A stretch of 63,370 bases of DNA from NCBI GenBank assembly GCA_902767785.1, contig CACXIR010000004.1:1-63370 (forward strand), read 5' to 3'. Position numbers and translations under genes: made by a program. This stretch comes from Fibrobacter succinogenes (GTDB lineage Bacteria > Fibrobacterota > Fibrobacteria > Fibrobacterales > Fibrobacteraceae). The notes below the pieces were generated by a model. It did no database searches. It was not told the origin of the DNA and saw only the letters and a program-made list of their open reading frames with translations. Positions 58,759 to 63,370 of this stretch are shown here, piece by piece; the first letter of the stretch is position 1; each line of letters starts with the position of its first letter.

Positions 58759-60054
58759 ATGAAGAACAAGATTATTCCATTCCTGGTCGTATTGGTTTCG
58801 GCTGCATCTCCGTATGCCGCCAGCCCTTGGACCTTGGAAGCATGCCTTAAGCAGGCTACGGAAAAGAGCTTGTCCATGGAAACGGCTCGGCTCAAGGAGC
58901 AGCAGAGCGACATCAAGGTCAACCAGGCAAAAATCGGGCATTACCCGACGGTTTCCGCCAATATCCAGAATACCCTTTTTGATCACCCCTTTATAGACCA
59001 AGAGGACCATTACCGCCTTAATCTGGGGGTGAGCGGTTCTTTGACCCTGTGGGACGGTGGCGCCACCAGCCTCTCGGTAGAGGCGAGCCAGTTGAGCAAG
59101 GAGGCGGCACAGCTCGCTACCCGCCAAACGCAACGTTCCGTACAAGAGAGCGTTTTGAACGCCTACATGAGCCTGCTTCTTGCCAAGGAGAACCTGCGTA
59201 CGGCGGACTATGCGGTAGAGGTGGCCCAGGCGGAATTCGAGTACTTTACCAACCTTTACGGGGTAGGCTCCATCACCAAGAAGGACTTGACCCAGTCCCA
59301 GTCCAACGTGCTGCAGAAGCAGTCGGCCAAGCTTACCGCCGAGCTGAAGGTCTCCACTGCGAAGACCACGCTCCGCCAGCTTCTGGAACTTGGCGAGGGC
59401 GAGGAGTTTGACGTGGCAGCTCCCGAGATCAACTTTACCAACCCTGATTCTCTGCCGCCCCTGCCTGAATACGGCGAGCTGCAGGCACGCATTAGGGCGG
59501 CACATCCCGGACTCAAGTCCGACAGCATCTCCGTAAAGGCGGCTCAGAAGAATACCAAGGTGGCGGGCAAGAACAGCTCCATTTCTGTAACGCTGGGAGC
59601 CAATTCCTCTACGGGATTGCAGGCTTGGGAATCTAAGGGCTATAAGGACCAGCTGAAATATGGTTGGCAGAATTCCTTGACGCTTGGGATCAATATTCCC
59701 ATCATCGACGCGGGTGCCACCACCAACAAGGTGCTGCTGGCCCAGGTGAACGAGGCCGAGACCCAGGTGGGCCTGCAGGAGACGGCAAAGACTCTGGAGA
59801 ACAACATCGAGAAGCTCTACCTGAACGCCCTCAGTGCAGATTTGCAGTGGAAGGCCGCAGTGCTCCAGGTGGAGGCCGAGCAAGAGGCCCTGAAAGTGGC
59901 CGAGGAACAGCGCCGCCTCGGGGCGCTCACCTATACGGACTTCTTGAACCAGAAAAACAGCCTGGAGGCGGCGCAGGTTACTTTGAACAACGCCAAGTAC
60001 ACAAGCCTCCTTTCCCGCAAGCTTCTGGAACTGTACCAGGGCCTGCTAGACTAG
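58759..60054 (+). CDS. TolC family outer membrane efflux protein
   Basis: Signal peptide, WTLEACLKQA, YPTVS, two OEP-like repeats. Confidence 0.85.
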   Translation: MKNKIIPFLVVLVSAASPYAASPWTLEACLKQATEKSLSMETARLKEQQSDIKVNQAKIGHYPTVSANIQNTLFDHPFIDQEDHYRLNLGVSGSLTLWDGGATSLSVEASQLSKEAAQLATRQTQRSVQESVLNAYMSLLLAKENLRTADYAVEVAQAEFEYFTNLYGVGSITKKDLTQSQSNVLQKQSAKLTAELKVSTAKTTLRQLLELGEGEEFDVAAPEINFTNPDSLPPLPEYGELQARIRAAHPGLKSDSISVKAAQKNTKVAGKNSSISVTLGANSSTGLQAWESKGYKDQLKYGWQNSLTLGINIPIIDAGATTNKVLLAQVNEAETQVGLQETAKTLENNIEKLYLNALSADLQWKAAVLQVEAEQEALKVAEEQRRLGALTYTDFLNQKNSLEAAQVTLNNAKYTSLLSRKLLELYQGLLD

Positions 60055-60148
60055 TTTTATCCGATATGTTTACATTTTTTAATTGCATTTTATGCAGTTA
60101 ATTTTTATATGTATAGACGGGGTGCTCTTGGGGTGAACAAAAAGGAGC

Positions 60149-61726
60149 ATGGAGATGAAGAATCTTCCTTTGTCTGTTTCCGCACTTGTGGCGGCCCTCG
60201 GAACAGCGGCTTTTGCCTACACTATTACCGGAATGGTAGGCGACGATGCCGGTAACGTGCTTGGCGGTGTTTCCGTAACTCTTGTAAAAGAGAACAAGTC
60301 CACCCTTACTGACGCCTTCGGAAAATACATCATAACTGGAGAGGAAACAACTGGAGAAGAAGGGACTGCGGCCTTCCATGCCGTGGCTAGCGTGCCGGGC
60401 TTTGTTAGCGTAAATTCGGGTGTCCTTTCTTATAGGCAAAGCGGGAGCGCCCCTGTCCAGGTGCGGACCTTTGACGCCATGGGCAACCAGGTTTTTAGCA
60501 AGACCCTTTACGGCTCCGGCGAATTGGACTTGCGTACGGGGATTCGTGCCAAGGGAAATTACTTTGCCAAAGTCACCATGGGGAGCGCCCGGCAGGACTT
60601 TAGGTTCTTTGCAGACGGCAGGACTGTCCGGCAGCACAATAGCGAGGGCATGTCCTTGATGAAAAACGCCCAGGCAGGCGAAACCCTCCGGTTCGAGGCC
60701 GATGGCTATAAAACCCGCGTAGTTCCGCTGGGGACCCTGGACACCATGGTCAATGTGAACCTGGAACGCACTTCAGGCGAGCAGACTTTTGCCTTCGGAT
60801 ATGCCATGGGGAATGCTCCAACCCCTAGTAAAGGTTGTGGCAAAAATTCCACGCTTCAGCAAAATGGAGCCAATAGCAACGCCAAGAAATATGGAATACG
60901 GATTGGCGATTATGATCGAGCTTTTTGGATGACGCTCCCGCAAAATTACAGCAACAATAAGCCTTACAAAATTCTCTTTGCCATGCATTGTATGGGTAGT
61001 AATGCTGAGGACTTTACCCAACACGCTCCGGACTACGACCATCCTTCTCCGTACTATGGGCAACAGAATCTGGATACAGAAAATAATTACATCTTCGTTT
61101 CTCCAGAGAGTAGGCCAATCTCTGGCAATGGTGAATTTGGCCCATGGCACCAGAACGACAACGAGGACCACAGATTCTTTGGTGAGATGTTGACCCTTAT
61201 CGAAGAAAACTACTGCATTGACACCAGTCGTGTATTTGTGACGGGCTTCAGCTTTGGTGCCATGTTTACCAACTCCCTTTCTTGGGAGTTCCAGGACCGT
61301 ATCCGTGCCGTGGCGGTCTATGCGACCGCCGCATACAATATTTACCTGCCGCCTAAGAAAAATTTGCCTATTGCCTGGATGGGCGTCCATGGAAAAGGCG
61401 ATGAAACCTGCCCATATAAAAACGATTGGGGTACAGGTGCCCGTGACAGTGCCCTGGTGCAAATCCTTAGGTTCAACAGCGCAGAAGGCAAGGATGCAGT
61501 CAACGAAAAAATGACAAAACTCCAGGAAATTGGCGACAACATAAAGGGACACGTTTGCTACGACTTTGAGGATGTGGATCCGCGCTTCCCTGTTAAATGG
61601 TGCAGCTGGAATGGGCCCCATCGCTGGCCGGCCCACGATGCAGAAGACTTTAGTAATTACTATAGCAACAGCTGGACGAATTCCTGGGTCCCGAAGACCG
61701 TCCACGAGTTCTTTGAGCAGTTCTAG
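60149..61726 (+). CDS. Secreted alpha/beta-hydrolase esterase (CE1/PHB-depolymerase-like) with N-terminal beta domains
   Basis: Signal peptide; PSKGCG; CIDTSRVFVTGFSFGAM (GxSxG); HGKGD. Confidence 0.75.
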   Translation: MEMKNLPLSVSALVAALGTAAFAYTITGMVGDDAGNVLGGVSVTLVKENKSTLTDAFGKYIITGEETTGEEGTAAFHAVASVPGFVSVNSGVLSYRQSGSAPVQVRTFDAMGNQVFSKTLYGSGELDLRTGIRAKGNYFAKVTMGSARQDFRFFADGRTVRQHNSEGMSLMKNAQAGETLRFEADGYKTRVVPLGTLDTMVNVNLERTSGEQTFAFGYAMGNAPTPSKGCGKNSTLQQNGANSNAKKYGIRIGDYDRAFWMTLPQNYSNNKPYKILFAMHCMGSNAEDFTQHAPDYDHPSPYYGQQNLDTENNYIFVSPESRPISGNGEFGPWHQNDNEDHRFFGEMLTLIEENYCIDTSRVFVTGFSFGAMFTNSLSWEFQDRIRAVAVYATAAYNIYLPPKKNLPIAWMGVHGKGDETCPYKNDWGTGARDSALVQILRFNSAEGKDAVNEKMTKLQEIGDNIKGHVCYDFEDVDPRFPVKWCSWNGPHRWPAHDAEDFSNYYSNSWTNSWVPKTVHEFFEQF

Positions 61727-61752
61727 ATTTGACCTTTTCATAATGCAGCATG

Positions 61753-61784
61753 GCCCTGTTTCTTACCTGAAACAGGGGCGTTTC
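61753..61784 (+). terminator. Probable intrinsic terminator
   Basis: CCCTGTTTC-TTACCT-GAAACAGGG stem followed by a T-rich tract. Confidence 0.6.
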
Positions 61785-61818
61785 TTATTGAAAGAGAGTT
61801 ATTCTCGCTACCTAACTT

Positions 61819-61842
61819 GTCATTCCCGGCTTGAACGGGAAT
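61819..61842 (+). repeat. REP-like element
   Basis: GTC-ATTCCCG-GCTTGAA-CGGGAAT. Confidence 0.65.
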
Positions 61843-61923
61843 TTCCTTTTTTGGCTTAAAAACGCCACTTTCCCCACTTTCGGGGCATTTTATCCTCGAA
61901 CAAACGCCCCTTTGCCACGTTTT

Positions 61924-61939
61924 TGGCACGTCCTTTGCA
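61924..61939 (+). promoter_or_regulatory. Sigma54 (-24/-12) promoter of hsp20
   Basis: TGGCACG-TCCT-TTGCA with exact GG-N10-GC spacing. Confidence 0.8.
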
Positions 61940-62024
61940 TATAGGAGTGTGAAAACAAAAAACCGGGTCCCCGGCCAAGGCAAACCGCCCAGGCCAGGGA
62001 CCCACAACCAGTGAGGTTAAAATT

Positions 62025-62402
62025 ATGCTCAATACTCAGATTCTTCCTTCCGCTTTCTATGGTATCCAGAACTTCCTTGACAACCTTAACGCCTGCAACG
62101 CTCAGGGCGAATGCGCCTACACGCCCAAGGCCGACTACTACGAAGTAGACAACGGCTTTGTGCTAGAGGTGGAATTGCCGGGCGTCAAGAAAGAAGATTT
62201 GGATGTCCAGGTAGAAAAGAACATCATCACCGTCAAGGCTACTCGTGCCCGCAAGGACAGCAAGTACACCTACGAGCGGAGTTTCCGCTTGGCCGACGAC
62301 ATCGACCCCGAGAACATCAAGGTCTCGTTGGAAAACGGTGTGTTGACGTTCTCGCTGTCGAAAAAGCAGCAGGCTGCCGCCCGCAAGTTGACTGTGGACT
62401 AA
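62025..62402 (+). CDS. Small heat shock protein Hsp20/alpha-crystallin
   Basis: ELPGVKKEDLDV, YERSFRL, LENGVLT. Confidence 0.92.
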   Translation: MLNTQILPSAFYGIQNFLDNLNACNAQGECAYTPKADYYEVDNGFVLEVELPGVKKEDLDVQVEKNIITVKATRARKDSKYTYERSFRLADDIDPENIKVSLENGVLTFSLSKKQQAAARKLTVD

Positions 62403-62437
62403 CGGCAACAAATTTTTCATTACGCTCCTTAAACACC

Positions 62438-62469
62438 AGGGACATCCGCAAGGGTGTCCCTTCTTTTTT
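62438..62469 (+). terminator. Intrinsic terminator
   Basis: AGGGACATCC-GCAA-GGGTGTCCCT plus T tract. Confidence 0.85.
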
Positions 62470-62667
62470 GGACAGGAAAAGTCACTTTTGTATTCTAGCC
62501 GTATTCAAACTCGCAAACTTTGACGTGCTAATCGCCCAAATCTATTAAAGGCAAATTGAGTAAAATTTTATTTACGATGGGGGGGGTATTGACCTGTACT
62601 CTTTCTTCTTATAGATTTATGTGGTGTGGCTGCATTTATAGGCCAAAGAAAAAACAGGGGTGAATGC

Positions 62668-63370
62668 ATGAAAAAAATATTCGCATTGTTGAGTGTGCTT
62701 TCTGTTGCAGCATTTGCAAACTGGTCTGGAACTACATCCACCCCCGCAAGCATTACCGTGGGCAGCGATGCGTTTTATGAGGTGTCGTCGCCAGAAGAAT
62801 TGGCCTGGTTTGCGGCACAGGTCAATTCGGGTCACCCCGCAATCAATGCAATATTGAAAAATGACATTGTCTTTTTTGAAGACTCCCTGACAGAAATGAA
62901 CAAAGGGAGTGCCCATGCATGGACTCCAATTTCCTATAGTCCGGAAAACGCTTTTTCGGGCGTCTTTGAAGGAAACGGCCACAAAATAAAAGGCCTATAC
63001 CTTCAAGACCATGATTATTCTTATGTAAATGGCTAAGGAATGTGGGCTTTGAAAAAAATTATATGGATGTCGTCTACCAAGACGGGACATCTGCCTTTGG
63101 TTCTGAAACGGTTTCGTTCGGCCCCCTGGCCGGAAAAAATGAAGGTACGATAGAAAACGTCACCGTTGGCGGCTCGGTAAAGCTCGACATCGCCTCCGTG
63201 GACGAGGATCCCCAAATATCATATGGTTCAGGCGTAGTGGGCCAAAACTACGGAACATTGGCAAATGCGACTTTCTCGGGAACCATCATCTCTAAAACAT
63301 CCAGCACAAACATCGGAGGAATCGTAGGCATAAATGCGGGGCAAATTGATTTTGCCATCAACAGGGGCAG
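62668..63370 (+). CDS. GLUG-motif surface protein, frameshifted at about 63032 and running off the window
   Basis: Signal peptide, EELAWFA, WTPI, FSGVFEGNGHKIKGLY; another frame continues LRNVGF...GPLAGKNEGTIENV...IGGIVGIN. Confidence 0.75.

Overview
Window from a Fibrobacter-like genome, inferred from a TIGR02147 family gene, Cys-rich lipoproteins and the gene order. Contents in order: (1) the end of the spc-alpha ribosomal protein operon (rpsH to rplQ); (2) wza/wzz/wzy/wzx-type polysaccharide genes; (3) tRNA-Leu, tig, clpP, clpX, lon; (4) an approximately 15 kb accessory island (about 17.5-32.8 kb) around a Type I restriction-modification locus; (5) iorAB, two LTA-synthase-like sulfatases, a TIGR02147/lipoprotein operon, an MMPL transporter, glycosyltransferases and a flippase; (6) lptC-lptA-lptB-rpoN-hpf-hprK-mlaD, dksA, tolC, an esterase, an hsp20 with a sigma54-type promoter, and a GLUG-type surface protein. 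The R-M locus carries cargo genes: an extra half-size HsdS, an AlbA_2/Schlafen ATP-binding protein, a KAP NTPase, a wHTH protein with a RHIM-like VQVG motif, a small Zn-ribbon protein, and a fused ABC-ATPase/DUF4435 (PARIS-like) gene. The most interesting signals are the KAP + RHIM-like + Zn-ribbon module, the PARIS-like gene between hsdS and hsdR, and clusters of 22-28 bp palindromes resembling the variable coding segments of DinD/KilA-N/ORF6N proteins. Five apparent short deletions, three affecting essential genes, probably reflect assembly error. All family calls are from motif recognition, not database searches.
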